Source: Alphaproteobacteria bacterium | GTDB lineage: Bacteria > Pseudomonadota > Alphaproteobacteria > SHVP01 | Reading direction: 5' to 3' | Length of the DNA: 64,000 nt | Assembly: GCA_040216735.1 (NCBI GenBank) | Contig: JAVJOO010000002.1 | Location: 149,118 to 213,117 of the forward strand | Shown: piece by piece, positions 20,646 to 29,877 of the stretch | Position numbering within the stretch: the stretch's first letter is position 1 | Layout of the letters: the number at the start of each line of letters is the position of its first letter | The notes under the pieces: generated by a model | The model's database searches: none | Told to the model about the DNA's origin: nothing | What the model saw: only the letters and a program-made list of their open reading frames with translations | Program-made: the position numbers and the translations under genes

Positions 20646-22037
20646 GTGTGGTTGGGTTGTTTAGTGGAGGCACTCGGTCGGTTGCGGTCGCCTGCGGTAC
20701 TCTGGCTCGGGGCGAGTCTTGCGGTCAACTTCGCCTTCTTCGCAACCGGAGAAGCAACCGGGCAGCAGCTTCCGCGCGATGATACACAGGCACACCTTGG
20801 CGTGGAGAGTTGTGGCGGTTCGGTATGTCACGACGCCGCTCAACCGTGGCCGACATCCCCGGTGACGCAGAACGAATATTCTATCTGGAAACAGCAAGAC
20901 CGTCATTCACGGGCGTACGCGACACTAACCACCGCCGAGTCTGCACGGATTGCCCGCAATCTTGGAATTGCCGACCCCACAGGCGCCGACATCTGCTTAG
21001 ATTGTCACGCCGACAATGTTGCGCCGGCTGTCCGGGGCCCATCGTTCGACATCGCGGAAGGCGTCGGCTGTGAAGCCTGCCACGGCGGTTCCGCCGACTG
21101 GGCGGGGCCGCATGCCGACGGATTTTCATGGCACAAGTCGAATACCGCCTTGGGACTCTACCCAACAGCAGATCCCGTCGCGCTGGCGGCCCTTTGCATC
21201 TCATGCCACGTCGGATCGGAAGGTTCCTTTCCGAGCCATCGTCTTTACGGTGCGGGCCATCCCCGTCTAGCGTTCGAACTCGATACTTTTCTCGTTCGTC
21301 AACCGATGCACGCGCAAGTCGACGTCGACTACCTCCTGCGAAAACCGCCGGCGAACGGCGCCAAGTACTGGGCGATCGGGCAGATCGCGACGGCCCACCG
21401 GCTCGCAGTTCTGATGTCCGAGGCACCACGCCTATCCGACGGTGCGTTTCCTGAATTGGCATTCTACGACTGCGCGGCGTGCCACCACCGGATGACCGAT
21501 TGGCCGGCCATGGCTGTTCGAACATCTCCGAATCCGAAGCCTCGCCTGAACGCAGCATCCTTTGTCATGGCGACGGCGATCGCCGCCTCATTGGTGCCGG
21601 ATCTTGCGATGGACGTTCAACGCGGCAGTATGGCTTTGCGTGCGGCGGCATTCAGCGACATGGCGGACTTGAATGAGGCTGCCATGCAACTCGTGAATCC
21701 CCTGAACATGCTCCTTTCCCGTACCGCAGAGTTCGATTTTGATGGTTCGGAGCGGAACGCCGTACTCCGCGCGCTGTTGGAGACCGGCGCGAATGGAAGC
21801 TACCGCGACTTCTCCGATGCTGAGCAAGTCGTCATGGCACTGGCCGCCCTTATCGCCGCGAGTCGGGGCGACTCGGTGCGCCCAATGTCCGCGGAAGGCG
21901 TGACCGCAAGGTACATGGAGATGTTCTATTCCGCTGCCGCCGACGCGGGGAGATTCGACCCCATCACGTTCAGAGCGGTTTTCGAGAAGGTCACAGAAGT
22001 TTGCGGGGATGCATGTCGAACGGGAGGAAGATCGTGA
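20646..22037 (+). CDS. Secreted multiheme c-type cytochrome (4 CXXCH + 1 CX4CH sites), ~463 aa
   Basis: GTG at 20646 preceded by GGAGGAG (5-nt spacer); N-terminal signal-peptide-like sequence (VWLGCLVEALGRLRSPAVLWLGASLAVNFAFFATGEA); heme motifs CGGSVCH, CLDCH, CEACH, CISCH, CAACH. Confidence 0.75.
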   Translation: MWLGCLVEALGRLRSPAVLWLGASLAVNFAFFATGEATGQQLPRDDTQAHLGVESCGGSVCHDAAQPWPTSPVTQNEYSIWKQQDRHSRAYATLTTAESARIARNLGIADPTGADICLDCHADNVAPAVRGPSFDIAEGVGCEACHGGSADWAGPHADGFSWHKSNTALGLYPTADPVALAALCISCHVGSEGSFPSHRLYGAGHPRLAFELDTFLVRQPMHAQVDVDYLLRKPPANGAKYWAIGQIATAHRLAVLMSEAPRLSDGAFPELAFYDCAACHHRMTDWPAMAVRTSPNPKPRLNAASFVMATAIAASLVPDLAMDVQRGSMALRAAAFSDMADLNEAAMQLVNPLNMLLSRTAEFDFDGSERNAVLRALLETGANGSYRDFSDAEQVVMALAALIAASRGDSVRPMSAEGVTARYMEMFYSAAADAGRFDPITFRAVFEKVTEVCGDACRTGGRS

Positions 22038-23890
22038 AAGTTGGCTTCGGTCGGATACCTACCGCCTTTTGCTACCTCCTGGCGGTTTGTTTTTTTCAAT
22101 TGACCTTCTTCACGGGGCTCAGTCTTGCCCAGCAGGGTGTGTCACCTGATCGTGCAAAGGCTTTCGCGCCGGCCGCAGACGGCACCGATGTCCCCTCAGA
22201 CTACCGCCGCTCCGTCGGCATGGACGATGCGGCTCTCGCCCATTCGAACCTATTGTCGGCGGACTCGTACCCATCGGCCGTAGAGTGCGGCCGTTGTCAC
22301 CAACAAATATTCACCGAGTGGGCATCCTCCAATCACGCCTATGCATCTATCTCGCCGATGTTTCACAAGTTCGAGCAGGCCATCAACGACCTAAGTTCGG
22401 GAACAATCGGGGCGTTCTGTGTCCGGTGTCACCAACAGGTCGGAACGCAGCGCGGAGAGTCGCGAGAGTTGCCCCTGTGGGAACGCTCGCCCGTGGCCCG
22501 TGAGGGCATCACGTGCATCACCTGCCACCGGGTGAACGCCGAGTTCGGCAAAGTCAACGGCGAGCGCCATATCGAGCCGGGCAGCATCTACAGCCCCGTC
22601 GTCAACGTTGGACGAAGCGAAAACCTTGGCGATGTCTTGGCCGACCCCGAGGAATACCGCGTGGCCACGGCCGACGATCAGGAAGGAACACCCATTCACA
22701 AGGGCGCCGTCGTTTTCGAACAGATCGGGCGTTCCGAGTTCTGCGTCTCCTGTCATCAGGTGGCCGTCAATTTGGGGATCAAGCTGGAAGTCGTCTGGGA
22801 GCAATATCGAGACAGCCCTGCCTTCCGGCGAGGGGTTACCTGCCAGGATTGCCATATGGGGAAAGTCCCGGGGGAAGCGAAGGGGTATGCCAAGTGGCCC
22901 ATCGCCATCGTCAACGGTCGCGTGATCGGAAGTCCGGAACAAAAGCACTCGAATCATGCGTTCTACGGGCCGGGCTATCCGATCGCGCATCCGGGTCTGT
23001 TTCCGTTCAACCCACGCAGCCTGCGCTGGGATATCCGCGAGTGGCTGACCTTCGACTACCGCGCAGGGTGGGGCACTCCCAACTACGAACAGTCGTTGGC
23101 GCAAAAGAAAGTCCCGTCTCCCGATTTTCCCCCGGTGTGGGCAAAGCGCGAAGATCGCGAAGCCGCGCGTTTGGTGATCGATCAGAACGAAGCGTTACTG
23201 CGGGCAAAGGAACGCGACCGGATTGCCGTCATGGAAAACGGGGGCCGGATCGACGGACCCTTCTTCGACAACGGCAAGCCCGTGTCTGGCAAGCCGCTCC
23301 ACTTCCGCTATCGAATCACGAATGTCGACGAGGGGCACAACTTGCCCTCCGGTTCGCTCGGCGCGCAGCCCGAAATATGGCTGAACGTCGTCCTGGTCGA
23401 CCCTGAGGGTAAGAGAGTCTGGGAATCGGGATACGTCGATAGCTACGGGGACATGGCGGACTTGCATTCTCTCGATGTGGCGGCTGGAAAGATCGAGCGC
23501 GACCGGCAGCTGTTCAACCTGCAGACGAAATTCCTGACGACAAACGTAAAGGGGACCGACCGCGAGATGTACCTACCGGTCCAGTTCGACGTCGATCAGT
23601 TGCCGTTCCTGCGGCCGGCTGCGGTGCCGACGACAGTGCTAAATCACCCACCCTTCGTTCGGATGGAGGGCCGCTCCATTCCCCCGCTTGGCTATCGCGA
23701 CGCGAGCTACACAGTTCCGGCAAATTTGATGGCGACACCGGGACGGTATCGTCTTCAGGTCCGTATGCGCAGTCGAGCTGAGCCGATCTACTTCATGAAA
23801 TTCGTGGGAGCGACCCCCGACATGGAGCAACGGATCAACGAGTTGATGATCGATATTCACCCCTATGCTGTTTCGTTCGACGTTGAATAA
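22034..23890 (+). CDS. Secreted pentaheme c-type cytochrome with ~340-aa heme-free C-terminal domain of unknown function
   Basis: GTG at 22034 preceded by GGGAGG; signal peptide VKVGFGRIPTAFCYLLAVCFFQLTFFTGLSLAQQ; CXXCH x5 (CGRCH, CVRCH, CITCH, CVSCH, CQDCH) all in first ~270 aa; overlaps previous gene stop by 4 nt; alternative ATG at 22013. Confidence 0.75.
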   Translation: MKVGFGRIPTAFCYLLAVCFFQLTFFTGLSLAQQGVSPDRAKAFAPAADGTDVPSDYRRSVGMDDAALAHSNLLSADSYPSAVECGRCHQQIFTEWASSNHAYASISPMFHKFEQAINDLSSGTIGAFCVRCHQQVGTQRGESRELPLWERSPVAREGITCITCHRVNAEFGKVNGERHIEPGSIYSPVVNVGRSENLGDVLADPEEYRVATADDQEGTPIHKGAVVFEQIGRSEFCVSCHQVAVNLGIKLEVVWEQYRDSPAFRRGVTCQDCHMGKVPGEAKGYAKWPIAIVNGRVIGSPEQKHSNHAFYGPGYPIAHPGLFPFNPRSLRWDIREWLTFDYRAGWGTPNYEQSLAQKKVPSPDFPPVWAKREDREAARLVIDQNEALLRAKERDRIAVMENGGRIDGPFFDNGKPVSGKPLHFRYRITNVDEGHNLPSGSLGAQPEIWLNVVLVDPEGKRVWESGYVDSYGDMADLHSLDVAAGKIERDRQLFNLQTKFLTTNVKGTDREMYLPVQFDVDQLPFLRPAAVPTTVLNHPPFVRMEGRSIPPLGYRDASYTVPANLMATPGRYRLQVRMRSRAEPIYFMKFVGATPDMEQRINELMIDIHPYAVSFDVE

Positions 23891-25438
23891 ATGCGTATTC
23901 GAGCAATTTCTTTATTCGTTGTCGCCCTAACGGCATTCTCGTCGGTCGCGATCGCCCAGGTGCCACGACGCACCCATCCGCCCGCCCAAAGTGAGGCAGG
24001 AACCGCGCCCGCCGAAGCACACCAGGCCGCACCCCATACCGACCCGACGGTCCGGCGCGAACCTTTCGACCGAACGCTGTTCGGGCCGGACCCCGTATAT
24101 CCGGTCGGCGCCTACGACCCAGTGGAGGAGACGGCGACCTACGGCGGAAAACGCGCTGTCCCAACTCCACGGCCTCTTCTCGAACTCGGGTATCCGCTCT
24201 ACGACGAAGGCCCCATTGGCGCAGGGCATGACATCGTCGGCGCCAAAAACTTGGTGCGGCCGCAGTTTCTTGTTTACGGCGACTTGCGCACAGCGCTTGC
24301 ATACAACGACACCGGCGGCGCCGAGAAAGGTCAGGTTGCGGCAAGGCTCAACCTTGAGGTGGACCTCAAACTGACGGCGACCGAACGCCTTCATGCCTTT
24401 TTCCGGCCGCTCGACAACAATGCGCGGTTCACGCGGGATGAGTTTTTCGGAGACGACGCACAAGGCGGCGAACTGATTCTCGACGGCGCGCTGGAAACGC
24501 TATTTTTCGAGGGTGACATCGGCGCCATCCAATCGGGCTTGACCGACAGATATGCGCGCTACGACCTGCCTATTGCTTTCGGCCAATTACCATTGTTCTA
24601 CCAAAACGGTATCTGGTTCGATGACGCGGTTGTTGGCGTGGCGTTCGCTGTGCCGGCGCGGAATTCGCCGAAACTCGATATCTCCAATTTCGACGTGTCG
24701 GTATTCGCGGGATTTTCCGATGTCGAGACCACGGCATTGCGCAAGGCCGGTGGTGTGCTCGACGAACACGGCGCTGATGTTTACGGCGCTGTTCTGTTCG
24801 CGGATGCGCGAGAGGGCCATTTAGAACTTGGTTACGGCTATCTCGACGATACGCGTCCAAACGGCAATGCCAGCTACCATAGTCTTGCTTTGGGGTGGTC
24901 GCGCCGCTACGGCGGGTGGCTTTCAAACAGCGTGCGGCTCATCGCCAACATCGGCCAAGACCCGGACGGCGGCGCCATACAGTCCGCCGATGGCGCGGTC
25001 TTCCTCCTTGAGAATTCACTGGTTACCAGCAAGCCGTCGACGCTGGTTCCCTATGCCAACTTCTTCCTTGGGCTCGATCGACCGCAACCGTTGGCGCGGG
25101 GCAACGACGGCGTGCTCAAGAACACCGGAATCAACTTCGAGACCGACGGCTTGACGGGGTTTCCAAAATTGACGGACACCGCCCAGGATGCGTGGGGCGG
25201 CGCCGTCGGCGTATCCTACCTGTTCGATCTCAGCCGCCAAGTCGTTGCGGAAATCGCGACCGTTCAACTCCTCCGCGGTAAATCGGACACGATTGTTGGC
25301 GAAGAAGTCGCCCTGGGCGCCCGGTATCAACAGAACTTGAGCCCTGCCTGGCTCGCCCGCTTCGACGCGATGTACGGCTTTCGGTCCAACGCCGACGACA
25401 TTCGCGGGGTTCGCGCGGAACTCCGGCGGAAGTTCTAG
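23891..25438 (+). CDS. Outer-membrane beta-barrel protein (porin-like), 515 aa, C-terminal Phe
   Basis: ATG immediately follows cytochrome stop (taaATG); signal peptide MRIRAISLFVVALTAFSSVAIAQ; alternating hydrophobic beta-strand patterns throughout; terminal ...AELRRKF, consistent with the BAM-targeting C-terminal Phe signature. Confidence 0.7.
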   Translation: MRIRAISLFVVALTAFSSVAIAQVPRRTHPPAQSEAGTAPAEAHQAAPHTDPTVRREPFDRTLFGPDPVYPVGAYDPVEETATYGGKRAVPTPRPLLELGYPLYDEGPIGAGHDIVGAKNLVRPQFLVYGDLRTALAYNDTGGAEKGQVAARLNLEVDLKLTATERLHAFFRPLDNNARFTRDEFFGDDAQGGELILDGALETLFFEGDIGAIQSGLTDRYARYDLPIAFGQLPLFYQNGIWFDDAVVGVAFAVPARNSPKLDISNFDVSVFAGFSDVETTALRKAGGVLDEHGADVYGAVLFADAREGHLELGYGYLDDTRPNGNASYHSLALGWSRRYGGWLSNSVRLIANIGQDPDGGAIQSADGAVFLLENSLVTSKPSTLVPYANFFLGLDRPQPLARGNDGVLKNTGINFETDGLTGFPKLTDTAQDAWGGAVGVSYLFDLSRQVVAEIATVQLLRGKSDTIVGEEVALGARYQQNLSPAWLARFDAMYGFRSNADDIRGVRAELRRKF

Positions 25439-25602
25439 GTCGACAGCGTGCGCGCCGACAGCCGCCGGCCTCGTAAGGCTCAATATTGAGGGACCGTAGG
25501 ACCATTTCGGCTTCCCTAGCTAGATTTACACGCAAAAGAGGAGGAGGTGCGAATAAACCCCCTCAAAGGGTGCGTTTTAAGGCCCTCGCCCATAGTCCGG
25601 CA

Positions 25603-25630
25603 TTGACAGGGGGGTGCCGAAGACTATATT
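25603..25630 (+). promoter_or_regulatory. Sigma70-like promoter for rplU operon (TTGACA-16 nt-TATATT)
   Basis: TTGACA at 25603-25608 and TATATT at 25625-25630, ~75 nt upstream of rplU ATG; flanked by inverted repeat ggtgccgaag / cttcggcgcacc. Confidence 0.45.
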
Positions 25631-25704
25631 TCGGCGGCTTCGGCGCACCCCAGAAACGCTTGGAATTCCGCCGCGAACGCACCTAATAGAAGGCCGGTCG
25701 ACCG

Positions 25705-26115
25705 ATGTATGCAGTAATGAAGACGGGCGGTAAGCAATACCGCGTCGAACCCAACGACCGCCTGCGTGTGGATAAGTTGGTTGGCGAACCCGGCACGACC
25801 GTCGACATCGGCGACGTGCTGATGGTCGGCGACGGCGAGAATACCCAGGTCGGCGCGCCGCTGCTGGCTGGCGCCTCGGTCAAACTTGAGGTCGTGGAGC
25901 AAACGCGCAACGACAAGATTGTCGTCTTCAAGAAAAAGCGGCGCCAGAACTATCGGCGCAAGCAAGGACACCGCCAGGAAATGACCGTGGTGCGCGTGGC
26001 CGAGATTGCCGACGCCCATGGCAAGAAAGCGACCGCAGCCGACGCGGCGCCCAAGCCGAAGGCAAAATCGAAAAAAGCCGCCGCGACCGACGCGGCGGCC
26101 TCGGACGAGGAATAG
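25705..26115 (+). CDS. rplU: 50S ribosomal protein L21 with Lys/Ala-rich C-terminal extension
   Basis: MYAVMKTGGKQYRV... canonical bL21 N-terminus; C-terminal KAKSKKAAATDAAASDEE tail. Confidence 0.92.
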   Translation: MYAVMKTGGKQYRVEPNDRLRVDKLVGEPGTTVDIGDVLMVGDGENTQVGAPLLAGASVKLEVVEQTRNDKIVVFKKKRRQNYRRKQGHRQEMTVVRVAEIADAHGKKATAADAAPKPKAKSKKAAATDAAASDEE

Positions 26116-26119
26116 ATAG

Positions 26120-26377
26120 ATGGCACATAAGAAAGCCGGCGGTAGTTCCAGGAACGGTCGCGATACAGCCGGGCGCCGCCTCGGCATTAAAAAGTTCGGT
26201 GGCGAGGTCGTCATTCCGGGCAACATCATCGTGCGCCAGCGCGGCACCAAATGGCATCCGGGTACCAACGTCGGTATCGGCAAGGATCACACGATCTTCG
26301 CGCTGATCCCGGGCACCGTGGCCTTTGCCGAAAAGGCGAAGGGCCGCGTTTACGTTTCGGTGGAGCCGGCCACCTAG
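26120..26377 (+). CDS. rpmA: 50S ribosomal protein L27
   Basis: [29 protein letters not shown] canonical bL27 sequence. Confidence 0.93.
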   Translation: MAHKKAGGSSRNGRDTAGRRLGIKKFGGEVVIPGNIIVRQRGTKWHPGTNVGIGKDHTIFALIPGTVAFAEKAKGRVYVSVEPAT

Positions 26378-26396
26378 ATTATTCCGCTTGCCGGAC

Positions 26397-26431
26397 CCAA
26401 GGGGAATGGCGAGCCATTCCCCTTTTTTGTT
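26397..26431 (+). terminator. Rho-independent terminator/attenuator between rpmA and obg
   Basis: GGGGAATGGC-GAG-CCATTCCCC perfect 10-bp stem followed by TTTTTTGTT. Confidence 0.6.
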
Positions 26432-26451
26432 GGGCAGGCGAGCGCCGCGGC

Positions 26452-27483
26452 ATGAAGTTCCTCGATCAAGCGAAAATCTACGTCCGGTCCGGTAATGGCG
26501 GCCCGGGCTGCATGAGCTTTCGCCGCGAAGCGAACGTACCGATGGGCGGACCGGACGGCGGCGACGGTGGCCGCGGCGGCGACGTCGTGGCAATCGCGGT
26601 CGACGGGCTGAACACGCTGATCGATTTCCGCTATCAGCAACACTTCAAAGCAAAGAGCGGGCGCAACGGAATGGGCGCCAACCGGTCCGGCGCGGCAGGC
26701 GGCGACCTCGTCATCAAGGTACCGGTCGGCACCCAGATCTTCGCCGAGGACCACGAAACCGTCATCGCCGACTTTGCCAAGGTCGGTGACCGGGCTGTTT
26801 TGGCGACGGGTGGAATCGGCGGCAAGGGCAATGCCCATTTCAAGTCGTCGACAAACCGTGCGCCCCGCACAACCCAACCCGGTATGCCCGGCGAGGAATT
26901 CTGGTTCTGGCTGCGTCTCAAACTGATTGCCGAGGCCGGACTAGTCGGACTGCCGAATGCCGGCAAGTCGACGTTCTTGTCCCGGGTATCGCGGGCCAAA
27001 CCCAAGATCGCGGACTATCCGTTCACGACACTGCATCCGCAGCTGGGCGTCGTCTATGTCGCCGAGGAAGAGTTCGTGCTGGCCGACATTCCTGGACTGA
27101 TCGAAGGCGCGCATGACGGCGCGGGTCTTGGCGACCGGTTCCTCGGCCACATCGAACGCTGCGGCGTCATCCTCCATCTGATCGACGGCAGTGGCGACGA
27201 CCCGGTCGGCGCTTACACCACCGTCCGTCACGAACTTGCCGCTTATGGCTTCGGGCTGGAAACCAAAACCGAGATCGTGGCTCTGAACAAAGCGGATCTC
27301 TTGGACGAGGCCACGATCGCGCAACACAAACGCGACTTGTCCGACGCGGCCGGCGCACCGGTCGCGGTCATTTCGGGCGCAACCGGCGCGGGGATCGATA
27401 CGCTGCTGCGACAGATGCTCGAGATCATCGCCCGTTGGCGCGAACGGGAGGACCAAGAGGCAAGCGCGGCGGCGACACCATGA
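26452..27483 (+). CDS. obg: GTPase Obg/CgtA
   Basis: ATG at 26452: [26 protein letters not shown]...; G-domain motifs [22 protein letters not shown]. Confidence 0.9.
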   Translation: MKFLDQAKIYVRSGNGGPGCMSFRREANVPMGGPDGGDGGRGGDVVAIAVDGLNTLIDFRYQQHFKAKSGRNGMGANRSGAAGGDLVIKVPVGTQIFAEDHETVIADFAKVGDRAVLATGGIGGKGNAHFKSSTNRAPRTTQPGMPGEEFWFWLRLKLIAEAGLVGLPNAGKSTFLSRVSRAKPKIADYPFTTLHPQLGVVYVAEEEFVLADIPGLIEGAHDGAGLGDRFLGHIERCGVILHLIDGSGDDPVGAYTTVRHELAAYGFGLETKTEIVALNKADLLDEATIAQHKRDLSDAAGAPVAVISGATGAGIDTLLRQMLEIIARWREREDQEASAAATP

Positions 27484-28595
27484 GCGCGCTCCACGCTGCG
27501 AAACGGATCGTCGTCAAAGTCGGGTCGATCCTGCTGGTCGACCCAAAGACCGGACAGGTCCATCGGCGCTGGTTGGAGGGGCTCGCAGCCGATGTCGCCC
27601 GCCTGCGGGCGCGCGGCCAGGAGGTGATCTTGGTGTCGTCGGGCGCAATCGCGCTGGGCCGACGCCATTTAGGTTTGCGCACCGGCAAACTGAAACTCGA
27701 AGAGAGCCAGGCCGCGGCCGCGACCGGTCAAATCCATTTGGCCAAGGCCTATCAGGACGCGATGTCGGCCCATGGCATTTCGGTTGCCCAGGTACTGTTG
27801 ACCATCGACGATACCGAACAGCGCCGCAAATACCTGAATGCCCGCAGCACGATCGACACGCTACTGCGGCTCGGCGCGCTGCCGGTCATTAACGAGAACG
27901 ACACCGTCGCCACCGCCGAAATACGGTTTGGCGACAACGATCGCTTGTCCGCGCGCGTCGCGGAAATGACCTCGTCGGACTGTTTGGTCCTGCTGTCCGA
28001 CGTGGATGGACTGTATTCGGCGGACCCGACGATCGATGCCGGTGCGCACCTAGTCAAACGGGTTGAACGCATTACCCCCGAGATCGAAGCGATGGCCGGT
28101 CAACCCCGGACCGGCGACGGCTCCGGCGGCATGGTGACCAAGCTGATCGCCGCGCGCATCGCCACCTCCGCGGGCGCAGCGATGGTGATCGCGCGCGGTT
28201 CGGTCGAACAACCGATTCGCACGCTTGAGGACGGCGGCCCCTGCACCTGGTTCGATGCCCAGGGCAATCCGCGAACGGCGCGCAAGCAGTGGATCGCAGG
28301 AACGCTGCAGCCCTCCGGCTCCGTTGTCGTCGATGACGGCGCGGTGCGGGCGCTGGCGGCCGGCAAGAGTCTCCTGCCCGCAGGCGTGACCTCTATCGCC
28401 GGCGCATTTCAGCGCGGCGATGCCGTCTATATCAAGGATGCCTCGGGACGCGATTTGGGACGCGGGCTTGTCGCCTATTCGTCGACCGACGCCCGCGCGC
28501 TCATCGGGCACAAAAGCAGTGAAATAGAGGCATTGCTGGGATACCGTGGCCGCGACGAAATGATTCACCGCGACGATCTTGTCCTGAACGATTGA
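27480..28595 (+). CDS. proB: Glutamate 5-kinase
   Basis: ATG at 27480 overlapping obg stop (ATGA); [19 protein letters not shown] kinase N-terminus; C-terminal PUA-like region. Confidence 0.9.
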   Translation: MSALHAAKRIVVKVGSILLVDPKTGQVHRRWLEGLAADVARLRARGQEVILVSSGAIALGRRHLGLRTGKLKLEESQAAAATGQIHLAKAYQDAMSAHGISVAQVLLTIDDTEQRRKYLNARSTIDTLLRLGALPVINENDTVATAEIRFGDNDRLSARVAEMTSSDCLVLLSDVDGLYSADPTIDAGAHLVKRVERITPEIEAMAGQPRTGDGSGGMVTKLIAARIATSAGAAMVIARGSVEQPIRTLEDGGPCTWFDAQGNPRTARKQWIAGTLQPSGSVVVDDGAVRALAAGKSLLPAGVTSIAGAFQRGDAVYIKDASGRDLGRGLVAYSSTDARALIGHKSSEIEALLGYRGRDEMIHRDDLVLND

Positions 28596-28599
28596 ACGT

Positions 28600-29877
28600 A
28601 TGTCCCTAGCCGAAGCGCAAGACGACATTCCCGGCCTGATGGTGGAGATCGGCGTAGCGGCGCGCGATGCGGCGCGCGCACTCGCACGCGCGTCGACCGA
28701 TGACAAAAACCGCGCGCTGCGCGCAGCCGCTCAGGCCCTCCGCGATCAACGCGAAAAGATATTGAGCGCGAATGGGCGCGACCTCAGCGAGGCCGATGCC
28801 AAGGGCATCGCCGCATCGTTGCGCGACCGCCTCGTGCTAAACGATGCCCGAATCGCGGCGATGGCCGAGGGCCTCGAAACCATCGCCACCTTGCCCGACC
28901 CCGTCGGCGAAATCTTCTGGGAAACGACGCGGCCGAACGGCCTGCGCATCACGCGGGTTCGGGTTCCGCTTGGGGTCATCGGGATCATATACGAATCCCG
29001 GCCGAACGTGACGGCAGATGCCGGCGCGCTGTGCCTGAAGTCAGGCAACGCTGTGATCTTACGCGGCGGATCGGAAAGTTTTTACTCGAGCCAGGCCATC
29101 GTCGCCTGTCTCCATGCGGGGTTGCAGGCTGCAGGATTGCCCACTGCGGCCGTCCAACTGGTCCCCACCCGCGACCGGGCCGCTGTCGGCGCGATGCTGA
29201 CCATGAGCGCCTACATCAACATCATCGTACCGCGCGGCGGTCGATCCCTAATCGAGCGCGTTCAAAAAGAAAGCCGTATTCCCGTGATCGCGCATCTCGA
29301 CGGCAATTGCCACGTCTACATCCATTCGGACGCCGACCCGGACAAGGCGTTGGCGATCGTCCACAACGCTAAACTCCGGCGCCTGTCGATTTGCGGTGCG
29401 GCTGAATCGCTGGTCGCCGACCGGAAAGTCGCCGACACGATCCTGCCCGCAATCATTGACGATCTGGTCAAGGCTGGTTGCGAGATTCGCGGCGACGCGG
29501 CGGCCCAAGCGCTCGACCCGCGGGTGATGGCGGCGAACGACGCCGACTGGTCGACCGAATACCTGGATGCGATCGTGTCTTTGCGAATTGTCGACGGCAT
29601 CGCGGGCGCGATTGCCCACATCGAACGATACGGCTCCCATCACACCGACAGCATCGTTACCGAGAATGAAGAAGCCGCGGCACGCTTTCTGAGCGAAATC
29701 GACAGCGCTATCGTCCTGCACAATGCCTCGACCCAATTTGCGGACGGCGCGGAATTCGGGATGGGCGCCGAAATCGGCATTTCGACCGACCGCCTCCACG
29801 CCCGTGGGCCGGTCGGGTTGGAACAACTCACCACCTACAAGTACCGCGTCCACGGCAACGGGCAGGTTCGGCCCTGA
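28600..29877 (+). CDS. proA: Gamma-glutamyl phosphate reductase
   Basis: 425 aa aldehyde-dehydrogenase-fold protein following proB; catalytic Cys context [13 protein letters not shown]. Confidence 0.9.
   Translation: MSLAEAQDDIPGLMVEIGVAARDAARALARASTDDKNRALRAAAQALRDQREKILSANGRDLSEADAKGIAASLRDRLVLNDARIAAMAEGLETIATLPDPVGEIFWETTRPNGLRITRVRVPLGVIGIIYESRPNVTADAGALCLKSGNAVILRGGSESFYSSQAIVACLHAGLQAAGLPTAAVQLVPTRDRAAVGAMLTMSAYINIIVPRGGRSLIERVQKESRIPVIAHLDGNCHVYIHSDADPDKALAIVHNAKLRRLSICGAAESLVADRKVADTILPAIIDDLVKAGCEIRGDAAAQALDPRVMAANDADWSTEYLDAIVSLRIVDGIAGAIAHIERYGSHHTDSIVTENEEAAARFLSEIDSAIVLHNASTQFADGAEFGMGAEIGISTDRLHARGPVGLEQLTTYKYRVHGNGQVRP

Noticed and set aside
22001-22033. TTG (22001) or ATG (22013) as start of the second cytochrome
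   Set aside because: GTG at 22034 has a strong GGGAGG Shine-Dalgarno at optimal spacing and yields a clean signal peptide. Earlier starts lie within the coding end of the first cytochrome without a ribosome-binding site. ATG 22013 remains a possible alternative
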